From Gaiellales bacterium (GTDB lineage: Bacteria > Actinomycetota > Thermoleophilia > Gaiellales > F1-60-MAGs149), in NCBI GenBank assembly GCA_044369995.1, contig JBILWG010000001.1, positions 1 to 54,063 on the forward strand: 54,063 bases of DNA. The letters are read 5' to 3'. Both the position numbers and the translations under genes were made by a program. The notes under the pieces were generated by a model. The model did no database searches. It was not told the origin of the DNA and saw nothing but the letters and a program-made list of their open reading frames with translations. Below are positions 21,737-30,558 of the stretch, one piece after another (within the stretch, counting starts at the first letter, position 1; the number at the start of each line of letters is the position of its first letter).

Positions 21737-23296
21737 GTGACCACGCTCCCCGAGGCGGAGGCTCGCCTCGCCCAGCTCGAGACGACGGCGAACCTCGCAT
21801 GGTGGAGCATGTCGTGCGAGGCGTCGGAAGAGACATCGGCCGCTGCCGAGGCCGCCAGCGCCGCCTATGAGCATGCGCTCGCCGAGCCCGCCGTGGCGGC
21901 AGCCGCAGTGGCGCTCGACGACTCTCCGCTGGAGCAACGACGTGCCGAGGTGCTGCGGCTGATGACCGCCGGGCGACAGCGTCCGGCCGACCTGATCGAT
22001 CGCATCGTGGGGCTGGAGACCGAGCTGATGGCCGCGCACTCCCGCTACCGCGCCACCGTCGACGGGCAGGAGCTCGACGCCGCTGCGGTCGACCGTGTGC
22101 TGAGCGAGAGCACCGACCTCGTCGAGCGCCAGGCCGTCTGGACCAGTGCGCGCCTCGTCGGCGGAGAGGTCGCCGGCGGGTTGCGCGAGCTCGCGCGCCT
22201 GCGCAACGAGGCGGCTCGCGCGGCGGGGTATCGCGATCATTACGCGATGGCGCTCGCGCTCGACGAGCTCGACGAGCAGCGGCTGTACGGCATGTTCGAC
22301 GCGCTGCATGAGGCGCTCGCGCCGGCGTGGGGTGCGGAGCGCGCCGCGATCGAGACGCAGCGCCGCGTGGCGCTCGGGCTCGCTTGCGACGCGCTGTTCC
22401 AGCCGTGGCACATGATCGACGTCTTCGGGCAGGAGGCACCGAGCGTCGGCCCCGATCCGCTCGAGCCCGTGATCGGCGCCGTCGATGCGCTCGGTGCCAG
22501 CTGCCGCTACTTCGCCGAGCTCGGCTACGACGTCGAGGGCGTGCTCGCGCGCTCCGACGTGCTGCCGCGGCCCGGCAAGGACCAGCACGCCTTCATGATG
22601 CACGTCGATCGCCGGGGCGACGTCCGCGTGCTGATGAACCTCGTGCCGACCGTGCGCTGGCTCGAGACCACGCTGCACGAGCTCGGGCACGCGATCTACG
22701 AGCTGTCCCTCGACGCCGACCTGCCGTGGCTCCTGCGCGACCCGGCGCATATCCTGACGACCGAGGCGATGGCGATGCTGCACGGGCGGCGCGGCCGCGA
22801 CCCCGAGTTCCTCGAGCGCTATGCCGGCGTACCTGCCGCCGCCGCGCAGGATCCGATCAACGCCGCCACGCTGCGGCGCGGTCTCCTGATCCTCGCCGCG
22901 TGGGTGCAGGTGATGACGCGCTTCGAGCAGGCCTTCTACGCCGATCCCGACGGCGACCTGGACATGGTCTGGTGGGACCTCGTCGAGCGCTACCAGGGGA
23001 TCCCGCGCCCGCTGGCACCCGTGCCGAACGCGTGGGCCTCCAAGATCCACCTCGCCGTGGCGCCCTGCTACTACCACAACTACCTGCTCGGGGAGATCCT
23101 CGCCTCGCAGGTGGAGGAGTGGACGGAGCGCGAGACGGGAGCAGGCTCGCCGGCCGCGCAGCCGTCTGTCGTGGGCCCGCTGATCGGCGAGCGGCTGCTG
23201 CGCCCGGGTGCCTCACTGCGGTGGGATCGCCTGGTCGAGCGGGCCATGGGTGCGCCGCTCGGCATCGACGCTTTCGTGCGCGACACAGTGGCCTGA
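21737..23296 (+). CDS. Gluzincin zinc metallopeptidase (HExxH; M2/M3-like)
   Basis: 519 aa. HELGH with a downstream Glu about 25 residues later (TTEAMAM) fits the gluzincin pattern. The helical N-terminal region is reminiscent of M2/M3 oligopeptidases. Family assignment needs an HMM search. Confidence 0.7.
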   Translation: MTTLPEAEARLAQLETTANLAWWSMSCEASEETSAAAEAASAAYEHALAEPAVAAAAVALDDSPLEQRRAEVLRLMTAGRQRPADLIDRIVGLETELMAAHSRYRATVDGQELDAAAVDRVLSESTDLVERQAVWTSARLVGGEVAGGLRELARLRNEAARAAGYRDHYAMALALDELDEQRLYGMFDALHEALAPAWGAERAAIETQRRVALGLACDALFQPWHMIDVFGQEAPSVGPDPLEPVIGAVDALGASCRYFAELGYDVEGVLARSDVLPRPGKDQHAFMMHVDRRGDVRVLMNLVPTVRWLETTLHELGHAIYELSLDADLPWLLRDPAHILTTEAMAMLHGRRGRDPEFLERYAGVPAAAAQDPINAATLRRGLLILAAWVQVMTRFEQAFYADPDGDLDMVWWDLVERYQGIPRPLAPVPNAWASKIHLAVAPCYYHNYLLGEILASQVEEWTERETGAGSPAAQPSVVGPLIGERLLRPGASLRWDRLVERAMGAPLGIDAFVRDTVA

Positions 23297-23416
23297 ACGA
23301 GCGTGCCGTACAGATGTATCGGCAGACCTCGGATGCCGTTGCCAAGTGGTGAAGGAACTGCCAGACTCCGGCGGTCGCGCGTGATTGTCGCGGCGTGACC
23401 CCGAAAGCGAGTTGTC

Positions 23417-25879
23417 ATGCGTCGTCTGCTCCCCCTGGTCCTGGTCGTCTCTGCGATCGCGGCGGTCGGATTCATGCCCGGGACCGCCGCAGCCGGCGGG
23501 TGTCCGGGCGACCAGAGCGTGATGACCAGCACGAGCAACAGCTCGGCCGTCGTCAACGGGTACGTCTGCGCGCAGGAGGATCACTTCCCGGACATGTCGA
23601 TCGGCGCCGGCAAGTCCCACTCCGTGACGTCCACGGCCACGTCGGCCTACGCCACCTGGTACTCGTGTCACAGCACGTCGTCGTCCGCGGTGGACGTCGG
23701 CTACGCGTCCGCCTTCGGCAGCGCCACCTACACCGCCAACAACACGCTGACCCCGTCGAACACGCGTCATTGGGGCGCCGGCATGCTGTGGACCCTCGGC
23801 AACACGACGCCGAGCGGCTTCTCGACGGGCTGCAGCTGGTCGAGCAGCACGATGTGGAACGACCCGCCGGCGATCCTCAAGATCACCAGCATCTCCGCCA
23901 GCAGCGTCCCGACGACCGCCACGGCCGGCAGCGTGACCAACATCCCGGTCACGGTCTCGCCGAGCTCGGCGACCGGCACCGTCGCGGTCCTGGATCACGG
24001 GACCGCGGTCGCCACCGCGCAGCTGTCGGGTGGCAAGGCCACGATCCCGTGGATCCCGGCCGCCGATGGCACGTCGTCGCTCAAGTTCGCGTACGTCGGC
24101 AGCAGCACCATGACCCCGGCCGAGACCAGCAGCGCGAAGTCCGTCACCGTCAGCGGCGGCACGGGCGTGACCATCCAGAGCGCGAGCGGCTCGGGCGCGA
24201 CCATCAACCTCACGTCGGGCACCGCCGTGTCGGGCACCGTGACGCTGATCGACGTCAACGCCAAGAAGGCGATCGGCACGGCCACCGTGGCGAGCTTCTC
24301 CGGGTCGACCAACGTGAACGTGCTGTTCTCCTACGCGGCCAACACGAGCTACACGCTCGTCGCCGCGTTCTCGAACGCGCTCGGCCAGAAGATCGGCCAG
24401 GCGTACCCGTTCACGTGGAAGTCGAACGGCGCATCGCCCGCGAGCCGCTCGTCGTCGCTCACCGTTTCGGGCGTGCCGACGAGCGCCACGGCCGGCAAGT
24501 CGTATCCGATCGTGCTGAGCGTCTCGCCGTCCTCGGCGACGGGCACCGTGGCCATCGAGGACGCGGGGCGCGCTGTCGCCTCGGGAACGCTGGCGAACGG
24601 CTCGGCGACCGTCAACTGGACACCCGCCGTTGACGGTCAGTCGCGGCTGACGTTCGTCTACACGGGCGACTCGGCGAATCCCTTCGTGATGTCGGCCGGC
24701 TCCTCGTCGTGTCCCGCGGTTGCCGCGACCTCCACGTCGCCGGCGCTGCCGGCCGCGACGAACTGCGTCACGGTGACGGGCGGCACGGGTGTCGTGATCA
24801 CCGGCGTGGCTGCGCAGAGCACGACCAGCGCCTCGGCCAACGTGACGGTCACGCCATCGACGTCCACCGGGTCGGTCGTGCTCCTCAACGTCGGCACGAC
24901 GCCGCCGTCGAAGGTCGGATCAGCCGCCCCCGCGAGTGGATCGGCGTCGATCTCGTTCCCGTACACCGCGGGCTCGCTGTACACGCTGATCGCGAAGTAC
25001 TGCACGTCGGCGACGACCTGCACGGGCCAGTCGTATCCGGTGACCTGGTCCTCGGTGACCGGCGGCACGTCGACCGCGGCCCAGGTCGCCCGGCGCGCCA
25101 CGCTTCTGCGCAACATGCCCACCGGCCTCACGCAGCTGTCTGCCGTGGCGCAGTCCCGGCAGCAGGCACTGGCGGCCGAGGAGGCGGCTGAGGCGCTGGG
25201 CGGAACCGCTGCGGACCCGCAGTTGTCCGTCGTGACGCGGAGAACCGCTAGCCACCGGGCGATCACGCTCGCCTGCCCGGCAGGCACGCGCCTGATCAAC
25301 GCCGATGCCGTCACCAACGGGCCCGAGGATAACGTCGAGCTCGGCTCGTACTCGAGCACGGGTGTTCGCGTCGTGCCGTCGCCGGAGGACCGGGGCAGCA
25401 TCATCACCAGCCAGGCGATGTGCCGTCCCCGCAGTGCGAAGGCGATCGCCAGCGGGCAGATCGTCTACGGGACCGTATTTCCGAATCGCATCGAGCTGAC
25501 CGGCGAGCTGTTGATCGGCTTCGGCGGACCGGGCAAGGATCTGCTGACGTCTGTCGTCGCCAACTCGACCCTCTGGGGCGGACTCGGGCACGACGTGATG
25601 TTCACGGACGCCACCGGTGGGGTGGCAGATGGCGGTCCGGGTGCCGACGTGATCATCGCGGGCGGCAACGGCAAGCATCTGCTGGTCGGCGGTCTGGGGC
25701 GCGACTCGATCACGGGCTCGTTCGGCGCGGATCTGATCAACGCGCGTGATGGCAAGCCGGGCGACACCGTGACGTGCCGCAGCGCCACGACGCGCGTGAT
25801 GGCCGATACCGGCGATGTGGTCTCCGGGCCCTGCCTGCAGGTCGATACCGCCAACGGCAAGGGCACGGAGGCCCGCTAG
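23417..25879 (+). CDS. Secreted repeat protein: Cys-containing N-domain, duplicated Ig-like module, C-terminal RTX-type calcium-binding repeats
   Basis: 820 aa with a Sec signal (MRRLLPLVLVVSAIAAVGFMPGTAAA). Two homologous ~190-aa modules. Nonapeptides GGLGHDVMF, GGPGADVII, GGLGRDSIT and GSFGADLIN near the C-terminus. Confidence 0.75.
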   Translation: MRRLLPLVLVVSAIAAVGFMPGTAAAGGCPGDQSVMTSTSNSSAVVNGYVCAQEDHFPDMSIGAGKSHSVTSTATSAYATWYSCHSTSSSAVDVGYASAFGSATYTANNTLTPSNTRHWGAGMLWTLGNTTPSGFSTGCSWSSSTMWNDPPAILKITSISASSVPTTATAGSVTNIPVTVSPSSATGTVAVLDHGTAVATAQLSGGKATIPWIPAADGTSSLKFAYVGSSTMTPAETSSAKSVTVSGGTGVTIQSASGSGATINLTSGTAVSGTVTLIDVNAKKAIGTATVASFSGSTNVNVLFSYAANTSYTLVAAFSNALGQKIGQAYPFTWKSNGASPASRSSSLTVSGVPTSATAGKSYPIVLSVSPSSATGTVAIEDAGRAVASGTLANGSATVNWTPAVDGQSRLTFVYTGDSANPFVMSAGSSSCPAVAATSTSPALPAATNCVTVTGGTGVVITGVAAQSTTSASANVTVTPSTSTGSVVLLNVGTTPPSKVGSAAPASGSASISFPYTAGSLYTLIAKYCTSATTCTGQSYPVTWSSVTGGTSTAAQVARRATLLRNMPTGLTQLSAVAQSRQQALAAEEAAEALGGTAADPQLSVVTRRTASHRAITLACPAGTRLINADAVTNGPEDNVELGSYSSTGVRVVPSPEDRGSIITSQAMCRPRSAKAIASGQIVYGTVFPNRIELTGELLIGFGGPGKDLLTSVVANSTLWGGLGHDVMFTDATGGVADGGPGADVIIAGGNGKHLLVGGLGRDSITGSFGADLINARDGKPGDTVTCRSATTRVMADTGDVVSGPCLQVDTANGKGTEAR
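23873..25054 (+). repeat. Intragenic tandem duplication of a ~190-aa two-domain (Ig-like) module
   Basis: aa ~153-337 and ~346-546 align block for block. Examples: SVPTTATAGSVTNIPVTVSPSSATGTVAVLDHGTAVA vs GVPTSATAGKSYPIVLSVSPSSATGTVAIEDAGRAVA; SYTLVAAFSN...QAYPFTWKS vs LYTLIAKYCT...QSYPVTWSS. Confidence 0.7.
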
Positions 25880-25895
25880 TCAGAAGAGACGCCGC

Positions 25896-25930
25896 GGGCA
25901 CTCCGCTCCACACGGAGGAGCGGAGTGCCC
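25896..25930. terminator. Bidirectional intrinsic-terminator-like hairpin between convergent genes
   Basis: GGGCACTCCGCTCC-ACACGGA-GGAGCGGAGTGCCC, a perfect 14-bp GC-rich stem with a 7-nt loop. It lies 17 nt after the stop of the repeat protein and 45 nt beyond the stop of the minus-strand SRPBCC gene. The U-tract is poor, as is common in high-GC genomes. Confidence 0.55.
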
Positions 25931-25974
25931 GTTCGCATCGTCGGGCGTGGGCCACGGAGACCCGAGCGCGTGGC

Positions 25975-26394
25975 CTAGCCGCGGGTGAGCGCGTCGAGGC
26001 GCTCGAAGAACACGGTGTAGCCCGCTGTCGCCTGCTCGTACTGTTCGACGGTGAGGTTGTTCCCAGCCTGCGTGAAGCGCAGTTCGGCACCGTCGCCGTG
26101 CGGCATGAGGTCCACCGTGCACGTCTCGACCCCATCCTGCCCCGTTGCCTTCAGCGTGTAGGCGAGGTGGGAGGGGGCAGCGACGGCCGTGTACTCGCCG
26201 GTGAAGCCGAACTGGCCCATCGGGCTGTGCATCGTCAGCTCCCAGGCGCCGCCGACGCGGGCATCGCACGTCGCCTCGACCTGCGCATCTGGCAGCCCGA
26301 ACCACTGTGCGAGCAGGTCGCCCTGCGTCCACGCGTCGAAGAGCGCCTGCGGGGCGGCGGGGAAGGTCCGCTGGATGTCGATGCCGGGCTTCAT
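25975..26394 (-). CDS. SRPBCC superfamily protein (AHSA1/START-like)
   Basis: 139 aa. The pattern IQRTFPAAPQALFDAWTQGDLLAQWF ... GGAWELTM ... FTGEYTAV is typical of Aha1-domain SRPBCC proteins. Confidence 0.8.
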   Translation of the reverse strand: MKPGIDIQRTFPAAPQALFDAWTQGDLLAQWFGLPDAQVEATCDARVGGAWELTMHSPMGQFGFTGEYTAVAAPSHLAYTLKATGQDGVETCTVDLMPHGDGAELRFTQAGNNLTVEQYEQATAGYTVFFERLDALTRG

Positions 26395-26404
26395 GATGCC
26401 CAGC

Positions 26405-26905
26405 CTAGAGGGTCAGCAGCATGCGCGTGTTGCCGAGGGTGTTCGGCTTCACGTACTCGAGGTCCAGGAACTCGGCGATACCGCGGTCGTACGAGCGGCG
26501 CATCTCGATGTAGACCTCCGGTGTGACGGGCGTGCCCTCGATCTCGCGAAAGCCGTGGCGCTCGAAGAACGACGTCTCGAACGTCAGCACGAAGATGCGC
26601 TCGATACCGAGGTCGCGGCCGTGCTCGATCAGGCGCTGGACGATCAGTCCGCCGATGCCGCGGCGCTTGGCATCACGATCGACGGCCACCGTGCGGATCT
26701 CGCCGAGGTCCTGCCAGAGGATGTGCAGCGCGCCGCAGCCGACGATCCGCTCGCCGTCGACGGCGACCCAGAACTCCTGGACGTCCTCGTAGAGGGTCAC
26801 GGTCTCCTTGACGAGCAGGACCTTGCCCGCGTACTGGTCCACGAGGGCACGGATCGCCGCGACATCATGCGTGGTGGCGCGGCGGACGATGAGCTCGCTG
26901 GACAT
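26405..26905 (-). CDS. GNAT acetyltransferase, short N-acetylglutamate synthase-like
   Basis: 166 aa from ATG 26905 (MSSELIVRRATTHDV...). Acetyl-CoA motif RRGIGGLIV. The C-terminal LDLEYVKPNTLGNTRMLL tail resembles the short mycobacterial ArgA (Rv2747) family. The ORF-track extension to 27025 reads through a noncoding inverted repeat. Lies 10 nt upstream of the SRPBCC gene, so probably an operon. Confidence 0.8.
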   Translation of the reverse strand: MSSELIVRRATTHDVAAIRALVDQYAGKVLLVKETVTLYEDVQEFWVAVDGERIVGCGALHILWQDLGEIRTVAVDRDAKRRGIGGLIVQRLIEHGRDLGIERIFVLTFETSFFERHGFREIEGTPVTPEVYIEMRRSYDRGIAEFLDLEYVKPNTLGNTRMLLTL

Positions 26906-26911
26906 GATGGG

Positions 26912-26917
26912 AGGGTA
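26912..26917 (-). promoter_or_regulatory. Candidate -10 box (TACCCT on the minus strand) for a leaderless GNAT transcript
   Basis: A TAnnnT hexamer ends 6 nt before the A of the minus-strand ATG at 26905. No Shine-Dalgarno in between. Confidence 0.3.
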
Positions 26918-26921
26918 CCGG

Positions 26922-27030
26922 GGCGGATGTCCCAAAGGGGTCAGACGTGTCTGGGACATGCCGAAGCGCCACTCGTCTGGAGCCATGCGCGCATGTCCCA
27001 GACACGTCTGACCCCTTTGGGACATCCGCC
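26922..27030. repeat. Perfect 40-bp inverted repeat (29-nt spacer) with nested palindromes; largest member of the dispersed repeat family, possibly a MITE or operator
   Basis: The left arm 26922-26961 (GGCGGATGTCCCAAAGGGGTCAGACGTGTCTGGGACATGC) is the exact reverse complement of the right arm 26991-27030. Each arm also contains ATGTCCCA...TGGGACAT. It occupies most of the 151-nt divergent region between the GNAT gene and dnaE. Confidence 0.9.
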
Positions 27031-27056
27031 GGGGAGCGGACTAGGATAGATCTCCC

Positions 27057-30000
27057 GTGCCTGCCGAGTTCGTCCACCTCCACTGCCACTCCGAGTACTC
27101 GATTCTCGATGGCGCCTGCCGCGTCAGCGAGCTCGTGAAGCGCTCGCTGGAGCTCGAGATGCCCGCGGTCACGATCACCGACCACGGGTCGATGGCGGGT
27201 TCGGTCGACCTCTACCGCACGGCCACGAAGGCCGGGATCAAGCCGATCATCGGGTGCGAGATCTACCTCGTCGAGGATCGTCGCGCGAAGGAGCCCGCCG
27301 GTCGTCGCGACTGGGCGCACCTGACGCTGCTGGCCAAGGACCTCGAGGGGTACCACAACCTCGTCAAGCTGGTCACGCTCGGCTACCTCGAGGGCTATCA
27401 CTACAAGCCGCGCGTCGACCTCGACCTGCTGCAGCAGCACGCCGGCGGCCTGATCGCCCTCAGCGGGTGTCTCGCCAGCCGCGTCAACCAGGCGATCATG
27501 AAGGGCGACGAGGCCGCGGCCCGTGCCGAGATGGACCTGATGATCCAGATCTTCGGCAAGGAGAACTTCTACGTCGAGATCCAGGACGCGGACCTCAAGG
27601 AGCACCACGAAGTCAACCCGGTGCTGATCAAACTCGCCGACGAGCTCGGACTCACCACCGTGGGCACCGGCGACGTGCACTACCTGCGCGCCGAGGACGC
27701 CGACCCGCACGAGGTGCTGCTCTGCATCCAGACCGGCGACGTGCTGGCCAACGACAAGCGCTTCAAGTTCCCCAACAAGGAGTTCTTCCTCAAGACGCCC
27801 GACGAGATGAAGCGCGTCTTCGAGCCGTACGGGCGCGACCTGCTGTCGCCGACGCTCGAGATCGCGGAGCGCTGCAACGTCGAGCTCGAGCTCGGCGCGA
27901 TCCGGCTGCCCAAGTACGAGGTGCCGAACGACGAGGACGCGTTCGTCTACCTCACGCGCCTCTGCGAGGAGGGGCTCGCGCGCCGCTATCCGGCCGCCAC
28001 GCAGGATCTGCGCGATCGCCTCGCCTTCGAGTTGGCGACCATCCGCGAGATGGGCTTCGCCGACTACTTCCTCGTCACGTGGGACTTCGTGGGGTTCGCC
28101 AAGCGCGAGGGCATCGGCGTCGGCCCGGGCCGCGGCTCGGCCGCCGGCTCCCTCGTGGCGTACTGCCTCGAGATCACCGACGTCGACCCGATCCGCTACG
28201 ACCTGCTCTTCGAGCGCTTCCTCAACCCGGGCCGCAAGTCCATGCCCGACATCGACATCGACTTCTCCGTCCACGGGCGCGAGCGCGTGATGAACTACGT
28301 CGTCGAGAAGTACGGGCGCGAGCGCGTGGCGCAGATCATCACCTTCGGCAAGCTGGCCGCCAAGCAGGCCACACGCGACACGGGCCGCGTCCTCGGACTC
28401 CCGTACGGCACGGTCGACCGCATCGCCAAGGGCATCCCCGACGGCGTCAAGGTCGGATTCGATGAGAGCCTGCAGCCGGGCCAGGAACTCCGCGAGATGT
28501 ACGACGATCCGACGCCGATCGGGCGCTCCGACGATGGTCGGGAGATCACCGCCAAGGAGCTGATCGACATGGCGCGCCCACTCGAGGGCCTCGTGCGTCA
28601 GGACTCGATCCACGCCGCCGCAGTCGTGATCGGCGACCGCCCGCTCGTCGAGTACGTCCCACTGCAGCGCAAGGGCGTCGACTCCGAGCTCGTCACGCAA
28701 TACGCGATGGGCGATATCGAGGCGCTCGGCCTGCTCAAGATGGACTTCCTCGGCCTGCGCAACCTCGACGTCATCGACGAGGCCGTGCGGTTGATCGAGG
28801 AGTCGCAGGGCGTCAAGATCGACATCCCGAACCTGCCGCTTGATGACGAGCCGACGTACGCGATGCTCCGCAAAGGCGATGCGACCGGCGTCTTCCAGTT
28901 CGAGAGCACCGGCATGCGCGACTCGCTGCGGCAGGTGAAGCCCACGCAGTTCGAGGACCTCGTCGCGCTCGTGGCGCTGTACCGCCCGGGCCCGATGCAG
29001 AACATCCCGACGTACGCGAAGCGCAAGAACGGGCAGGAGCCGGTCTCCTTCGCCGATCCCCGCCTCGAGCCGATTCTGGCTTCGACGATGGGCGTCTACA
29101 TCTACCAGGAGCAGTCGATGCTGATCGCCAAGGAGCTGGCGGGGTTCAGCCCCTCCGAGGCAGATGATCTGCGCAAGGCAATCGGCAAGAAGAACGCCGA
29201 GCTGATGGCGTCGTTGAAGCCGCGCTTCATCGAGGGCTGCGCCGCCAACGGGGTGGATGCGCAGGTCGCAGCCAACATGTGGGACGAGAACGAGCGCTCC
29301 GCGGAGTACTCGTTCAACAAGTCGCACGCCGCCTGCTACGCGCTGATCTCGTACCGCACCGCCTTCCTGAAGGCCAACTATCCGGCCGAGTACATGGCGG
29401 CCCTGATCTCCTCGGTGATGGACACGAAGGACAAGGTGCCGTTCTACGTCGCCGAGTGCGACTCGATGGGGCTCGAGGTCCTGCCGCCGGACGTCAACTC
29501 CTCGCAGCGCGACTTCGCCGTCGTCGAGGGCAAGATCCGCTTTGGGTTGAGCGCCGTCAAGAACGTCGGCGAGAACGCCGTGCGCGCGATCATCGAGGCG
29601 CGCGAGGCCGACGGCCGCTTCCTCTCGATCTGGGATGTCGCGGAGCGCGTCGATGCGCAGCACGTCTCGAGCCGTGTGCTCGAGAGTCTGATCCGCGCGG
29701 GTGCGCTCGACACGACGGGCGACCCGCGTCGCGGCATGCTGCTGGTCCTCGACCAGGCCGTGCAGTCGGGACGCAAGGCGCAGGCCGATCGCCACGCCGG
29801 GCAGACGAACCTGTTCGAGGGACTGGATGACGCGTCCGTCGGCGGTGGTGGCGGCGGCTCGCATCCGCCGGTTCCGGCCGGTGAGTTCGACAAGAAGGAG
29901 CTGCTCGCGGGTGAGCGCGAGACGCTCGGCATCTTCGTCTCCAGCCATCCGCTCAGCGATATCGCCGATCAGCTGGCGCGCAAGGTCGACGTGCCGATCC

Positions 30001-30512
30001 GCGATCTCGAGCACCGCAAGGAGGGGGAGACCGTCACGATCGGCGGCCTCGTCTCCTCGCTGCGCCAGACGATGACGAAGAAGGGCGATCCGATGGCGTT
30101 CGTCCAGCTCGAGGACACCACCGGCGCCGTCGAGGTGGTCGTGTTCTCGAAGGCCTTCATCGCGTCGCGCATGCACCTCGAGCAGGACAGGGTCGTGATC
30201 GTCAAGGGCCGCGTGGACCAGCGCGGTGGCGGCGAGACCAAGCTGGTGGCCTTCGAGGTGCTGCCGTTCGACGCCGTGCCGGTCGTCGGCATCGTCCGCA
30301 TCGAGGTCGACGCGCGCACGGCGCCGGCCGATGCGATCGAGCGCCTGCGGCACATCTGCGAGGAGTTCCACGGCGATCATCCCGTCGTCGTCGATATCCG
30401 CACCTCGTCCGGCAGCCGACGCCTGCGCCTCGGGCCGGCGTACCGCGTGCGCCCGGATCAGGCGCTCTTCGCCGAAATCCAGGCGACGGTCGGCTCCGTT
30501 TCCGTCGCCTGA
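27057..30512 (+). CDS. dnaE: DNA polymerase III subunit alpha
   Basis: 1151 aa. PHP domain N-terminus (FVHLHCHSEYSILDGA), polymerase core (FERFLNPGRKSMPDIDIDF), and OB-fold C-terminal region. Confidence 0.97.
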   Translation: MPAEFVHLHCHSEYSILDGACRVSELVKRSLELEMPAVTITDHGSMAGSVDLYRTATKAGIKPIIGCEIYLVEDRRAKEPAGRRDWAHLTLLAKDLEGYHNLVKLVTLGYLEGYHYKPRVDLDLLQQHAGGLIALSGCLASRVNQAIMKGDEAAARAEMDLMIQIFGKENFYVEIQDADLKEHHEVNPVLIKLADELGLTTVGTGDVHYLRAEDADPHEVLLCIQTGDVLANDKRFKFPNKEFFLKTPDEMKRVFEPYGRDLLSPTLEIAERCNVELELGAIRLPKYEVPNDEDAFVYLTRLCEEGLARRYPAATQDLRDRLAFELATIREMGFADYFLVTWDFVGFAKREGIGVGPGRGSAAGSLVAYCLEITDVDPIRYDLLFERFLNPGRKSMPDIDIDFSVHGRERVMNYVVEKYGRERVAQIITFGKLAAKQATRDTGRVLGLPYGTVDRIAKGIPDGVKVGFDESLQPGQELREMYDDPTPIGRSDDGREITAKELIDMARPLEGLVRQDSIHAAAVVIGDRPLVEYVPLQRKGVDSELVTQYAMGDIEALGLLKMDFLGLRNLDVIDEAVRLIEESQGVKIDIPNLPLDDEPTYAMLRKGDATGVFQFESTGMRDSLRQVKPTQFEDLVALVALYRPGPMQNIPTYAKRKNGQEPVSFADPRLEPILASTMGVYIYQEQSMLIAKELAGFSPSEADDLRKAIGKKNAELMASLKPRFIEGCAANGVDAQVAANMWDENERSAEYSFNKSHAACYALISYRTAFLKANYPAEYMAALISSVMDTKDKVPFYVAECDSMGLEVLPPDVNSSQRDFAVVEGKIRFGLSAVKNVGENAVRAIIEAREADGRFLSIWDVAERVDAQHVSSRVLESLIRAGALDTTGDPRRGMLLVLDQAVQSGRKAQADRHAGQTNLFEGLDDASVGGGGGGSHPPVPAGEFDKKELLAGERETLGIFVSSHPLSDIADQLARKVDVPIRDLEHRKEGETVTIGGLVSSLRQTMTKKGDPMAFVQLEDTTGAVEVVVFSKAFIASRMHLEQDRVVIVKGRVDQRGGGETKLVAFEVLPFDAVPVVGIVRIEVDARTAPADAIERLRHICEEFHGDHPVVVDIRTSSGSRRLRLGPAYRVRPDQALFAEIQATVGSVSVA

Positions 30513-30558
30513 CGGACCGCTCGGCCACGTCCGATGCGCGGACTAGCGTTGGGAACGC

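Noticed and set aside
23873-25054. Tandemly repeated DNA that might be taken for a CRISPR array or satellite.
   Set aside because: The repeats are ~560-600 nt protein-coding modules in one continuous high-GC3 frame, diverged at the DNA level. There is no short direct repeat and spacer periodicity and there are no cas genes.
26906-27025. An N-terminal extension of the GNAT ORF (MSQRGQTCLGH...MSQTRLTPLGH...) and small + strand ORFs (26808-27011, 26947-27138).
   Set aside because: These peptides simply read through the two arms of the 40-bp inverted repeat, which explains the duplicated peptide. The GNAT domain begins at ATG 26905.
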